From Spirochaetota bacterium (GTDB lineage Bacteria > Spirochaetota > UBA4802 > UBA5550): a DNA stretch of 44,069 nucleotides. Positions 9,099 to 19,526 of the stretch are shown piece by piece; the first letter of the stretch is position 1, and each line of letters begins with the position of its first letter. Both the position numbers and the translations under genes were made by a program. The stretch is from the NCBI GenBank assembly GCA_042569985.1, contig JBHPHB010000004.1, positions 1 to 44,069 on the forward strand. The letters are read 5' to 3'. The notes under the pieces are model-generated. The model was not told the origin of the DNA. It worked only from the letters and a program-made list of their open reading frames with translations, and made no database searches.

Positions 9099-9752
9099 CT
9101 ACCAATCATCACTCTGTCTATCAGTATACTTATCCCTCACCATTGCAGTAATATCATCAATATAGAAATATTGCCACCTTGGATGTACCGTCTGGTTGCC
9201 GGGCCTGTATTGGATTTGCATTATCTTGATAAATCTTTTTTGGCTCAGGTATTCATCCTGTTGTTTGATATATTTAGGAAGTTTAACAATCAGTTTTCTC
9301 CAGCCAAGGAAGTCAATGGTGCCTAAAATTACCCTGTGGTTCTTTTTATTGGCATCCTGAATTAACAGGGACAATTGTCCTGAGAATCTTTTCCCGTAAA
9401 CCCAGACTGCAAGGGATTTACAGTATTTGTCAATTATAAGATCGCCAGCGGGAGTAATCACAAAAAAGTCCCCCAGTTTGGCCTTTAATTTTACTCCAAG
9501 ATATTTCTTTGAGTTTTTTGCAGGGGATGGATACTGGTTCCTAACTGAAAGTGCAGCCTGCTGTCCCTTGGTGTATCTGAACTTTATGTTGTCTTTGCCG
9601 TATTTAGCGGTCTCAAAATCTTCCAGGACTATTTCCTGGTAAACTTTATCATCCGTTATTTTTTTTGTTTTATCAGTGCCTTTCTTATCCTGAGTGTAGC
9701 CAGGTATTATAAGAGGCATGGCAATAAGCAATAATATAAGTATTCTTTTCAT
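9099..9752 (-). CDS. flaA: Endoflagellar filament sheath protein FlaA
   Basis: Signal peptide, LEDFE, KYLGVK, VWVYG, IDFLGWRKL, YFYIDD; GGAG RBS before ATG at 9752. Confidence 0.88.
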   Translation of the reverse strand: MKRILILLLIAMPLIIPGYTQDKKGTDKTKKITDDKVYQEIVLEDFETAKYGKDNIKFRYTKGQQAALSVRNQYPSPAKNSKKYLGVKLKAKLGDFFVITPAGDLIIDKYCKSLAVWVYGKRFSGQLSLLIQDANKKNHRVILGTIDFLGWRKLIVKLPKYIKQQDEYLSQKRFIKIMQIQYRPGNQTVHPRWQYFYIDDITAMVRDKYTDRQSDDW

Positions 9753-9810
9753 CAATCTCCTCCAGATCTTATTGTTAAGTATATTTCAAATAATTCCTTT
9801 TTCAGTTGTT

Positions 9811-9839
9811 ATTCTAATATTATATATTTTTAATGTCAA
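9811..9839 (-). promoter_or_regulatory. Sigma70-type promoter of flaA
   Basis: TTGACA-N17-TAGAAT on the minus strand. Confidence 0.65.
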
Positions 9840-10098
9840 TAAATTCTTTTGCAATACGATAAAAAGTTATTAATGGGAATTCAGGAATGCAGGAATATAG
9901 CCGGAGATCACCCGCAAAGGGTGAGAGAAAGTATATCTCTTTTTTTGGATTGTCATTTGATTTGTGTTAGGTTATAATAGATGAATTATGAGTAACAGAT
10001 GGATTTAAATGCAATAGCCTGTTATGGATGATTTTTTTTTCATTAGTCATGCTTAAACAGTCTTATATTGTGGCAATTTATAACTAAATGAAAAATCA

Positions 10099-10128
10099 TT
10101 GACTAATTTATTAGTGATACTTTAAAAT
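10099..10128 (+). promoter_or_regulatory. Putative sigma70 promoter of the MCE operon with overlapping palindrome
   Basis: TTGACT-N18-TAAAAT; palindrome ACTAAT-TT-ATTAGT at 10102-10115. Confidence 0.4.
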
Positions 10129-10219
10129 AAAATTGGCGTTTTATGGTGCCATTTAAATATTTTTTGCATCAAAATTAGATTTCTATTTTCAAAAAGATGA
10201 CGTCATTATTGGTAGTTTT

Positions 10220-11872
10220 ATGAAGATACCTCAAATGAAAAATAAAACAGTCTATGGAGTGGTTATATTAGCCCTTGTGTTCCTGGCATTATTGCCCGGC
10301 AAAGATTTATTCGCAGGGCAATATGCCGATTATAATTGGTTTTGGGTTTTTTATGAATATGAAAAGACTGATAGTTTTAAAAGTTTTACAGTGAGGCCGT
10401 TCTTTTTAAGAAATGAAAAGAAAGGACAAAAATTTGAGACATCCTTAATGCCAATAATTTATTGGAGATACAAATACCCAAATAGAGATGAATACAGGGG
10501 ATTATTCGGCATCATGCATTCCGTTGATTATACTCATAAGACCGGTATTAAAGATTTCGATCTATTTTTATTTCCCGTATTTTTTTACGGCAGTTCACCG
10601 GACAAGAGGGATCGGTATATGATGATCTGGCCCTTCGGGGGCTCAATCCGCGGTAAGTTTGGTATCGAAAAGGTTTCGCCATATGTTTTTCCCGGTTTTC
10701 TTCTTTTTGTATTCTTTCCTCCTGCGAGTGTATTTTCATGGACAACAACCTTTTATGTGATATTATCCGTCCTTCCCGCCTACATGACCATAGAGGACAG
10801 GGGCTATAAGGCGTTCTCCATATTCTGGCCTTTAATACAAAAGGGGGAGAGCAAAAATCGTTATGACTTCAGGGTGCTGCCTTTTTTTTCATATAGCAGG
10901 AAAAAGGGATTTTATGAGAATTATTCATATCTCATGATTTTTAATTACCGGAAAATGTTCTACACCAATGACGTTCATAAAACCTTTTTAGCCCTATTCC
11001 TATACGGAAAAAAATGGAGTGATTCCGGAGTTTTAGCAGCTACAACAATTCTCTGGCCATTTTTTTCCTGGGGATATGATAAGAGAATCAAAAGTTACCA
11101 GATGAATTTACCCTGGCCCCTCATCCAGATCCAGGATTGCGATGAACCGAAGATTAAGAAAAGAATATTCTTTCCTTTTTACGGAGAATATAATTTTAGA
11201 AATATTAAAACTGTATTTGTAACGCCATTGTATTTTCATCTGAATAAAAAGGGTGAAAATTTCAACTCTGATTATTATTATACTTTTTTATTTATTGTAT
11301 GGTATTTTAAACGTGAATACAAGGTATCAGATAAATACTATGGAAAGCAGTGGAGATATTTTAAAATATGGCCGCTCTTTAATGTTGAGTATAATGATGC
11401 CGGTGATTTTGCCTTCAACCTGCTTTCTGTATTTCCAATGAGGGATCGTGTTGGTTATGAAAAGCTGTATCAGCCTTTTTTCTCAATATTCGAGTATAAA
11501 AGGTTCCGCAGTGGTGAAAAGAGGCTGGGTTTTCTAATGAGATTGTATTTCCAAAGGTGGAGTAATGATTTTCTTTTTATCAAGATCCCCCTTTTGTTTT
11601 CTTATTCACAGTCAAAAGATAAAATGACTGAGCTCTCGTTTTTTATGTACATGTTTGCATATGAGCATGAAAAAAAAGGGAAGTACATTCGGCTATTCTG
11701 GATCCCCATAAGGATCGGTGATGCCGATCCGGACCTTGAATTAATCGGCAGCAATAAACCTGTGAGAAAAGAGGAGAAGAATCCGAAGTATCATCATTTA
11801 AGTGACTATTCATATTATATCTCTTATAATATGCCGTTAAAAAGTTTTAAGGTGTCGTGCAATTTCTTTTAG
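10220..11872 (+). CDS. Exported aromatic-rich repeat protein, first gene of the mla-like operon
   Basis: Signal peptide ending DLFA; many repeats of the type (F/L/I)(W/F)P(F/L)(F/Y); 7 bp upstream of mlaE. Confidence 0.7.
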   Translation: MKIPQMKNKTVYGVVILALVFLALLPGKDLFAGQYADYNWFWVFYEYEKTDSFKSFTVRPFFLRNEKKGQKFETSLMPIIYWRYKYPNRDEYRGLFGIMHSVDYTHKTGIKDFDLFLFPVFFYGSSPDKRDRYMMIWPFGGSIRGKFGIEKVSPYVFPGFLLFVFFPPASVFSWTTTFYVILSVLPAYMTIEDRGYKAFSIFWPLIQKGESKNRYDFRVLPFFSYSRKKGFYENYSYLMIFNYRKMFYTNDVHKTFLALFLYGKKWSDSGVLAATTILWPFFSWGYDKRIKSYQMNLPWPLIQIQDCDEPKIKKRIFFPFYGEYNFRNIKTVFVTPLYFHLNKKGENFNSDYYYTFLFIVWYFKREYKVSDKYYGKQWRYFKIWPLFNVEYNDAGDFAFNLLSVFPMRDRVGYEKLYQPFFSIFEYKRFRSGEKRLGFLMRLYFQRWSNDFLFIKIPLLFSYSQSKDKMTELSFFMYMFAYEHEKKGKYIRLFWIPIRIGDADPDLELIGSNKPVRKEEKNPKYHHLSDYSYYISYNMPLKSFKVSCNFF

Positions 11873-11879
11873 TGAAAAT

Positions 11880-12677
11880 ATGAATATGAATGAAAAAGAT
11901 TATATACTAGCAAAAATCGGAAGGAGAGTAATTGAAGCTATAAACTTTGCCGGCTATACTATTGTGCTGCTCCTTAAGGTCATTTATTATCTTAAAGATA
12001 TAATAAAAAGAAGGCATGACATAGCAAAGCAGATGTACTTTGCAGGGGTTAAAACATTTTCTGTGATTTCAGTGGTGGCACTTTTTACAGGTATGGTGGT
12101 TGCGCTTCAGACGGGGCTTGAGATGAGTGAGTTTAATATGCAGCACCGATTGGGGAATGTTGTTATCGCTACTTTGACAAGGGAGATGGGGCCATTTATG
12201 TCCGCAATTATCCTCATAGCTGCAGTTGGTTCGGCAATTGCCGCAGAAGTAGGCACAATGAAGGTGTCCGAAGAAATTGATGCCCTGGAGATGATGTCAG
12301 TAAGCCCTGTAAGTTACCTGGTAATGCCCCGTGTAATTGCCCTTTCCATAATGGCGCCAATAGCCGCTATCTATACTAATGTGCTTGGAACTATTGGCGG
12401 GGCTATTGTTGCGAATTCACATTTGAATATACCTTTCCCATCCTTTTATGAACGCGTTTTGCAGTCTCTTCATTTTAAGGCTGTTTATGTGGGGCTTTTT
12501 AAATCATTTATTTTTGGTATAATTATGTCCATTATCAGCTGTGCACACGGCTTGAAGGCTGAAAATGGTGCCCTCGGTGTGGGCAAAGCAACAAGGAATT
12601 CCGTAGTGGCATCTTTTCTCATGGTTCTTATTATCGGTTATTTTATTACTGAACTGTTTTTTAATGAGGGATTATGA
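11880..12677 (+). CDS. mlaE: MlaE-family ABC permease
   Basis: REMGPFMSAI, GSAIAAEVGTMKVSEEIDALEMM, GVGKATRNSVV. Confidence 0.93.
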   Translation: MNMNEKDYILAKIGRRVIEAINFAGYTIVLLLKVIYYLKDIIKRRHDIAKQMYFAGVKTFSVISVVALFTGMVVALQTGLEMSEFNMQHRLGNVVIATLTREMGPFMSAIILIAAVGSAIAAEVGTMKVSEEIDALEMMSVSPVSYLVMPRVIALSIMAPIAAIYTNVLGTIGGAIVANSHLNIPFPSFYERVLQSLHFKAVYVGLFKSFIFGIIMSIISCAHGLKAENGALGVGKATRNSVVASFLMVLIIGYFITELFFNEGL

Positions 12678-13420
12678 TAGAGCTTGTTAACATTAATAAA
12701 AGCTTTGAGGGGCGAAGGATTCTTAAAGATATTTCCATGACTATAGAGAAAGGGGAAACCTTTGTTATTATCGGGATGTCCGGCACAGGTAAGACGGTAA
12801 CATTAAAACACATTTCAGGTCTTATAGAGCCCGATGGGGGTGATGTTATTATTGACGGCCTCTTGATGAATAATGCAAAGAGAGAGGTAAAAGAAAATCT
12901 GCGCAATAAAATGGGGGTTGTATTCCAGGGAGGCGCTTTAATTAACTGGTTAACGGTAGGTGAGAATGTAGCGCTTCCCCTGGTAGAGCACAGGGTATAT
13001 CCTGAAAGTGAGATATGGAAAATTGTGGATGAAAAACTGCAACTTTTACAGTTGACCGATGCTAAATACAAGATGCCCGCTGAAATTAGCGGCGGTATGA
13101 GGAAAAGAGTCAGTCTTGCAAGGACGCTTGTGAGAAATCCCGATATTATTTTATACGACGAACCCACATCAGGGCTGGATCCTGTTATGTCCACTGTAAT
13201 AAATAATCTCATAAGAAAAATGCAGGAAGAATTTGGTGTTACTTCAATAGTCGTTACACATGATATGGAGAGCGCATATTTCATTGCAGATAGAATAGCA
13301 ATGCTCTATAACGGAGAGGTAATCCAGTGTGATGTTCCTGAGAAAATTCGAAATACAGAAAATCCTATTGTAAGGCAGTTTATTTCCGGTATGCTGGAAG
13401 GGCCAATAGTAGTAGATTAA
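12674..13420 (+). CDS. mlaF: MlaF-family ABC ATPase
   Basis: Walker A GMSGTGKT, ISGGMRKRV, YDEPTSGLDP, VTHD; lies between mlaE and mlaD. Confidence 0.92.
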   Translation: MIELVNINKSFEGRRILKDISMTIEKGETFVIIGMSGTGKTVTLKHISGLIEPDGGDVIIDGLLMNNAKREVKENLRNKMGVVFQGGALINWLTVGENVALPLVEHRVYPESEIWKIVDEKLQLLQLTDAKYKMPAEISGGMRKRVSLARTLVRNPDIILYDEPTSGLDPVMSTVINNLIRKMQEEFGVTSIVVTHDMESAYFIADRIAMLYNGEVIQCDVPEKIRNTENPIVRQFISGMLEGPIVVD

Positions 13421-13446
13421 ATTATTACCTGAAGGAGGTATATGTA

Positions 13447-14109
13447 ATGAAGAGTAATATTAAGTTTGAACTATTAGTTGGTGTTGTGTTTTTGGCGGCA
13501 ATGGCAATATTAGGTTTCTATACGATTTTTATGGTTCAGAAGATTTCTGAGCCGGAGAAAGTTTATTACATAACTGTAAAATTTTTAAATGCAGAGGGCC
13601 TTGAAAAGAAAAGTGAGGTAAAAGTAAATGGAGTCCGTTCCGGTGTAGTTGAATATGTAAAGCTAAAGGAAGATCATGTTGAGGCACGCTTAAGGATGTT
13701 TACTCACTTTTCTATGTATGATAATTATAAAATCAGTATTGCCACAATATCTCTATTGGGCAGGGCGCAGGTAAGTATATTCCCCGGCAGTAAAATTGAT
13801 AAAAGGGGCAGGTCTCGTCAAATTATTACCACCCGTGAAAACCTTAATGGCATTCTGGATAACCCCCTGATGAGCATTTCCGATATTATCAATGATAACA
13901 GGGAAAATGTCTATGCCACAATTAAGAATATGCGTGAGTTTACAGAAAAAATTAATAAGGGTAAGGGTACTATAGGCAGATTGGTAAATGAAAATACAAT
14001 TCATGATTCAGCTAATGCCCTTGTGAAAGACCTGAGGGAATCAATTGAGGATGCCCGTGAACAGGCGCCGGTAACAAGTTTTATCCGTGCGGCGCTTACG
14101 ATGTTTTAG
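13447..14109 (+). CDS. mlaD: MCE/MlaD-family protein
   Basis: N-terminal TM helix, F-x-NAEGL..VKVNGVRSGVV MCE motif, SLLG loop, helical tail with GKGTIGRLVN. Confidence 0.9.
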   Translation: MKSNIKFELLVGVVFLAAMAILGFYTIFMVQKISEPEKVYYITVKFLNAEGLEKKSEVKVNGVRSGVVEYVKLKEDHVEARLRMFTHFSMYDNYKISIATISLLGRAQVSIFPGSKIDKRGRSRQIITTRENLNGILDNPLMSISDIINDNRENVYATIKNMREFTEKINKGKGTIGRLVNENTIHDSANALVKDLRESIEDAREQAPVTSFIRAALTMF

Positions 14110-14110
14110 G

Positions 14111-14698
14111 TTATATTTTGTTTTTTGATAAACTAAGGAGGTGCCTGATTAATCTTGGTGTTTCCATTTCAATGGGGTCAATTGTTTCAAATATACCTGC
14201 GCAGAGGAGTATGATTTGAGTTATGCGTGCCTTGAATTGATTATCACTTTCTGTTTGGCGTAAATTGTTGCCTGAGGAATCCTTGAGCCTCATAATAAAT
14301 TGATTTAATTGATTCCTTGTGAACTTTCTGATGATGTGCATAATTTTTTCATCTTCAAATCCATATAGAATTAAGTTCATGAAGACCCTGATATTTCTTT
14401 TGTCATTGAGAAATCTTTCAATATTGAAAAGGGTGGATACGAAAACCTTGTCTTCATTTTCCAACCCTTCCAGTGCTCCGCTATGATCCTTTTCTATCTG
14501 GCCAAAAAAATCTTCAATCAAACCTGTGTATAACTCTTCCTTTGTAGGGAAATAGTGCCGCAGTCCTCCCTTGGACAGGTCTGCCTCTTCTGCAACATCT
14601 TCAATTGATATTTGAGAATATACATTGGTTTCGAGAAGTCTTTTCAGGGCTTCAACTATATGCTTTTTCTTTTTTAATGTTTTTTCGATATTTGCCAT
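14111..14698 (-). CDS. TetR/AcrR-family transcriptional regulator
   Basis: HTH ISIEDVAEEADLSKGGLRHYFPTKEEL. Confidence 0.9.
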   Translation of the reverse strand: MANIEKTLKKKKHIVEALKRLLETNVYSQISIEDVAEEADLSKGGLRHYFPTKEELYTGLIEDFFGQIEKDHSGALEGLENEDKVFVSTLFNIERFLNDKRNIRVFMNLILYGFEDEKIMHIIRKFTRNQLNQFIMRLKDSSGNNLRQTESDNQFKARITQIILLCAGIFETIDPIEMETPRLIRHLLSLSKNKI

Positions 14699-15119
14699 TT
14701 TGAAACTATTCCATTTGATTTATTAATGGACAATTTGGTTAAAATTTAATTCAAAGTCAAGTAATAATAAGCAGCGAGAATAACAGGATTATACCTTTTT
14801 GGTTTTCTTTTGTTTTCCCTTTGATTTTAACATATTATTCGTTTGCCTATGTGTCATATCCCGGTATTTCCTTAATGCAGGTGCTTGAATTAAGGAATCT
14901 AAGGAAATGTAATTTTAATTGACAAAACCATTAGATGAGAATTTATAGACTCATATATTTATTGAAATTCATTCACTGAAACAATTCGTGGGTGATTTAT
15001 TGCAGATTCTTCAAAGGTAACCTGGAAGATATTACAGCTAATGAAAAAAAAAATAAGTTTTCAGTCTTTCTGATGAAATCTGAATCATTTCAAAACTATT
15101 TATAATATAAGCTATAATA

Positions 15120-18100
15120 ATGCCAAAGAGAACGGATATAAAAAAAATACTTATCATTGGGTCGGGGCCAATTGTAATTGGTCAGGCCTGTGAATTTGAT
15201 TATTCCGGATCCCAGGCCTGTAAATCCCTGAAGGAAGAGGGTTACGAGGTAATTCTGATTAATTCGAATCCCGCAACTATTATGACCGATCCTGAACTGG
15301 CAGACCGTACTTATATTGAACCCATTACCCCTGAAATTGTTGAGCAAATCATTATCAGGGAAAAGCCAGATGCTGTTTTACCAACTGTTGGGGGGCAGAC
15401 TGCTTTAAATGTTGTAATGAGCCTGGATGAAATGGGCGTTTTTCAAAAGCACAATGTTGAATTAATCGGGGCAAATATTGAATCTATAAAAAAAGCGGAA
15501 GACAGGGACCTTTTTAAAAAGGCCATGGTAAAAATTGGCTTAAACGTACCCGATTCTGGATTGGCCTCTTCAGTAGATGAGGCCCTTGAGGTACTCAAAA
15601 GAATTGACCTTCCCATAATAATAAGGCCTGCCTTTACCCTTGGCGGCACGGGCGGAAATATTGTATATAATAAAGAGGATTTTATAGAACTTATAACGAA
15701 AGGCCTTGATGAATCACCGATTTCGCAGGTCCTCCTTGAGGAATCAGTAATCGGTTGGAAAGAGTTTGAGCTTGAAGTAATGAGGGATAATAATGATAAT
15801 GTTGTTATAATTTGTTCCATTGAAAACCTTGACCCCATGGGTATACATACCGGAGATTCTATAACTGTTGCTCCACAGCAAACATTGACTGATAAAGAAT
15901 ATCAGGACCTCAGGGACATGTCCATAAAGATAATCCGTGAAATTGGGGTCGACACTGGTGGTTCAAATATTCAGTTTGCCGTGAATCCCGAGGACGGCAG
16001 TACTATTGTTATCGAGATGAATCCCCGAGTAAGCCGAAGTTCTGCACTTGCATCTAAGGCAACCGGTTTTCCCATTGCAAAAATTGCGGCAAAGCTTGCC
16101 ATTGGATTAACACTTGATGAAATACCCAATGATATTACAAAGGAAACACCTGCTTCCTTTGAACCAACTATAGATTACGTGGTAGTTAAGGTCCCCAGGT
16201 GGGCCTTTGAGAAATTCGAAGGTGCAGATGAGAGGCTTGGGACCCAGATGAAATCGGTTGGTGAAGCAATGTCAATCGGAAGGACATTTAAGGAGTCTTT
16301 GCAGAAGGCCATGAGGTCCCTTGAGATAGAGAGGTTTGGGCTTGGTTCAGATGGCAACCAGGAGATAAAAGAAATACTTAGGGCACTGCCCGAACGTCAG
16401 CAGCTTAAAACCATCGACAGGGAACTTCTGAATGCAAACCCTGTCAGAATATTTTATGTTAAGGAAGCCCTGGACAGGGGTCTGAGAATTGAAAGGCTCC
16501 ATGAATTGACGGGTATTGACCCCTGGTTTCTGGAACAGCTTAAAGAAATTGTAGATGCAGAAAAGGATTTTATAAAAGAATATAAATTGGATGGATATAC
16601 ATTTGAGAAGATCACCGGAATGAAGGAGCTTGGATTTTCTGACAGACAGCTGGCATACATGTCAAGTGGTGCAGAGCTGGATGAATTATATGCAAAAGGG
16701 CCCGACTATCATAAAGATTATACTTTTCAGCTAAAGCAGAAGGAGAAAGAGGTAAGGGATTTCAGAATGGCAAAGGGAATCCTTCCGGGATTCAGGGTTG
16801 TTGATACATGCGGAGGTGAGTTTGAAGCGTTCACTCCATATTATTATTCTGCTTATGATGATGAGGATGAGACAATTCCCTCTGATAACAAGAAGGTAAT
16901 GATCCTTGGCGGCGGTCCAAACAGGATAGGGCAGGGTATCGAATTTGATTACTGCTGTTGCCATGCTGCATTTTCTTTAGAAGAAGAAAAGATTGAATCT
17001 ATAATGGTAAATTCCAATCCCGAGACTGTTTCCACTGACTATGATACATCAGACAGACTGTATTTTGAGCCATTGACACTTGAAGACATTCTGCATATCT
17101 ACCGGAAGGAAAAGCCCCATGGGGTAATTGTTCAATTTGGAGGGCAGACTCCCCTGAGGCTGGCTAAAGTGCTCGAAGAAAATGGTGTAAAAGTCATCGG
17201 GACATCTCCCGATTCGATTGACAGAGCAGAGGATAGGGAAAGGTTTGCCGAGGTAGTAAGGAAGCTTGACCTTTTTCAGCCGGATAACGGCATTGCCTTT
17301 ACGGAACAGGATTCAATTGAAATTGCAAGAAAAATCGGATATCCCGTTCTTGTTAGGCCATCCTACGTGTTAGGCGGCAGAGCAATGGCTATAATATATG
17401 ATGAGAAGAGTCTTGTGCAGTATATTAAAACCGCAGTGGACCTTACTCCTGAACATCCAATACTGGTTGATAAGTTCCTGGAGGATGCAATCGAGATTGA
17501 TGTTGATGCCCTTTGTGACGGCAGCGACGTTTATATTGGCGCAATAATGGAGCATGTCGAAGAGGCCGGTGTCCATTCAGGAGATTCGGCATGCATAATA
17601 CCGCCCATATCAATTCACGAAGAGATGATAGACAAGATTGCAAAAACAACTGAAAAACTTGCAATGGAACTTGATGTTATAGGGCTTCTAAATATCCAGT
17701 TTGCCATTAAGGATGATAAACTGTTTGTTATTGAGGTAAACCCCCGTGCATCCAGGACTGTCCCCTTTGTGTCAAAGAGTTTGGGAGTCCCCCTTGCAAA
17801 GATAGCAGTTAAGCTTATGCTTGGAAGAAAGCTGAAGGAATTTGGTCTTTTGAAGACAAAAAAAAGTGATTATGTAAGCATAAAGGAAGCAGTACTTCCA
17901 TTTAATAAATTTCCCGGGGTTGATACAATCCTCACTCCAGAAATGAAATCAACCGGTGAAGTCATGGGTATTTCCAATGATTTTGGTGAGTCCTTTTATA
18001 AGGCCACATTGGCAGCGGGTGATGAGCTGCCAATGAAAGGAACAGTGTTTCTCAGTATCAACAGGAGGTCAAAGGATGAACTCCTGGAAGAAGTAAGAAG

Positions 18101-18443
18101 CCTCCATGAGAATGGATTTAAGCTTGTTGCAACTTCCGGTACGTCTAAGTATTTTTCAAGCCATGGAATTCCCTGCGGGGTAATTTTTAAAGTAAGTGAG
18201 GGCCATCCGAATATTGTTGACCTTGTTAAAAATAAGGATGTTGATCTCATAATAAATACACCCGAAGGAAAAATCCCCAGGAATGATGCCTATACCATAA
18301 GGCAGGCGGCAGTGAGGAGCAATATTCCCATTATGACAACTATCCCTGCCGCAAAGGCGGCCGTTAGGGGTATGCTAGAGGTAAAGAGAAGAAAAGGTTT
18401 ATCGGTAAAGTCAATTCAGGAATACCATAAAGAGGTGCATTAG
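15120..18443 (+). CDS. carB: Carbamoyl-phosphate synthase large subunit
   Basis: [30 protein letters not shown]; duplicated ATP-grasp domains ([19 protein letters not shown]); C-terminal MGS domain. Confidence 0.98.
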   Translation: MPKRTDIKKILIIGSGPIVIGQACEFDYSGSQACKSLKEEGYEVILINSNPATIMTDPELADRTYIEPITPEIVEQIIIREKPDAVLPTVGGQTALNVVMSLDEMGVFQKHNVELIGANIESIKKAEDRDLFKKAMVKIGLNVPDSGLASSVDEALEVLKRIDLPIIIRPAFTLGGTGGNIVYNKEDFIELITKGLDESPISQVLLEESVIGWKEFELEVMRDNNDNVVIICSIENLDPMGIHTGDSITVAPQQTLTDKEYQDLRDMSIKIIREIGVDTGGSNIQFAVNPEDGSTIVIEMNPRVSRSSALASKATGFPIAKIAAKLAIGLTLDEIPNDITKETPASFEPTIDYVVVKVPRWAFEKFEGADERLGTQMKSVGEAMSIGRTFKESLQKAMRSLEIERFGLGSDGNQEIKEILRALPERQQLKTIDRELLNANPVRIFYVKEALDRGLRIERLHELTGIDPWFLEQLKEIVDAEKDFIKEYKLDGYTFEKITGMKELGFSDRQLAYMSSGAELDELYAKGPDYHKDYTFQLKQKEKEVRDFRMAKGILPGFRVVDTCGGEFEAFTPYYYSAYDDEDETIPSDNKKVMILGGGPNRIGQGIEFDYCCCHAAFSLEEEKIESIMVNSNPETVSTDYDTSDRLYFEPLTLEDILHIYRKEKPHGVIVQFGGQTPLRLAKVLEENGVKVIGTSPDSIDRAEDRERFAEVVRKLDLFQPDNGIAFTEQDSIEIARKIGYPVLVRPSYVLGGRAMAIIYDEKSLVQYIKTAVDLTPEHPILVDKFLEDAIEIDVDALCDGSDVYIGAIMEHVEEAGVHSGDSACIIPPISIHEEMIDKIAKTTEKLAMELDVIGLLNIQFAIKDDKLFVIEVNPRASRTVPFVSKSLGVPLAKIAVKLMLGRKLKEFGLLKTKKSDYVSIKEAVLPFNKFPGVDTILTPEMKSTGEVMGISNDFGESFYKATLAAGDELPMKGTVFLSINRRSKDELLEEVRSLHENGFKLVATSGTSKYFSSHGIPCGVIFKVSEGHPNIVDLVKNKDVDLIINTPEGKIPRNDAYTIRQAAVRSNIPIMTTIPAAKAAVRGMLEVKRRKGLSVKSIQEYHKEVH

Positions 18444-18445
18444 AT

Positions 18446-18985
18446 ATGAGTGAGAAGGTTATATTAAATTCAGAAGATATTGACAGGATTATAAGCGACC
18501 TGTCAAAAGAAATATGTAATGATATAAAAGATTTTGACCACTTCGCAATCGTGGGGATCCAGACAAGGGGTGTTGAGCTCACCGGTAGAATTAAAAACAA
18601 GCTTGAAGAATTGTCTGGTAAAACCATTCAGTCAGGTATGCTTGATATTACCTTTTACAGGGATGATATTGCAACAAGGGGTGTCCTCCCTATTATAAAA
18701 GAAACCCGAATTGACTTTGACATTACAAAAATGGTAATTCTTCTTGTTGACGATGTAATTTTTTCCGGCAGGACTATAAAGGCAGCTCTGGAAACTTTAA
18801 TGTCTTTTGGAAGGCCAAGTGCCATAAAGCTTTTTGCACTTGTAGACCGCGGAAACAGGGATTTGCCAATTCAGCCCGATTATTGCGGGCATAAAGTAGA
18901 TACTGATGTAGATGACAATATAAATGTTCTGCTAAAAGAAATTGATGATGTTTCCGATTCAATTGTTCTGATTAGGGAGGAGTAA
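18446..18985 (+). CDS. pyrR: Pyrimidine regulatory protein/uracil phosphoribosyltransferase PyrR
   Basis: GIQTRG, LDITFYRDD, LVDDVIFSGRT, LVDRGNRDLPIQPDY. Confidence 0.94.
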   Translation: MSEKVILNSEDIDRIISDLSKEICNDIKDFDHFAIVGIQTRGVELTGRIKNKLEELSGKTIQSGMLDITFYRDDIATRGVLPIIKETRIDFDITKMVILLVDDVIFSGRTIKAALETLMSFGRPSAIKLFALVDRGNRDLPIQPDYCGHKVDTDVDDNINVLLKEIDDVSDSIVLIREE

Positions 18986-19047
18986 ACTCGTCTTACAGGT
19001 TTAAAAACAGTTTTTTGTTAAATTACGGGATAATCATTTTCAGTTGC

Positions 19048-19263
19048 TCATGGTTCTGTATCTTTATTAAAACCCATTATAACCCACCTGATGAGAAAAT
19101 ATAATATCCATATTACCGATACTGTAGTTATAGCCGATAAAATCGATTTTGTAATATCTCCATCAAAATAAGAAAGCCCCACAAAAAACATAACAATTGC
19201 AATTACAAGTGAAAGTAAAATAGTAAGCCTTTTTAAGCCTGCTTTCCAGTTGTATCTCTTCAT
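19048..19263 (-). CDS. Small two-TM membrane protein
   Basis: 71 aa with two hydrophobic helices and basic N-terminus; fills the gap between genes. Confidence 0.6.
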   Translation of the reverse strand: MKRYNWKAGLKRLTILLSLVIAIVMFFVGLSYFDGDITKSILSAITTVSVIWILYFLIRWVIMGFNKDTEP

Positions 19264-19526
19264 ATTTAGCCTTTGAAGTGTTTTATCCGTTAATTATCCA
19301 TCAAATTAAATGGATGAGCAATAATTGATATATTTTTTAAGTAAATTCAAGTATTTGTCAATACTAATTTATTTATCTTATTCAATCTTTTTAATAAAAT
19401 ATTGTTCCATATATCATTATTAACAAAAAACAAATTGACATTTCATTCAAAGTTAATTTATATTAAACCAGTAATTATTAGTGTTAAAAAGAGTGCAGTA
19501 ATTAGGTATAAATTATAAAATCAGGT

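Noticed and set aside
14789-14857. 22-aa basic minus-strand ORF, and a GGCAAAC motif suggesting a c-di-GMP-I riboswitch
   Set aside because: Weak RBS and composition explained by an A-rich tract; no P2 stem with GAAA loop or GACGCAAAG
14940-15119. PyrR attenuator leader before carB
   Set aside because: No PyrR-binding consensus and no convincing terminator/antiterminator pair
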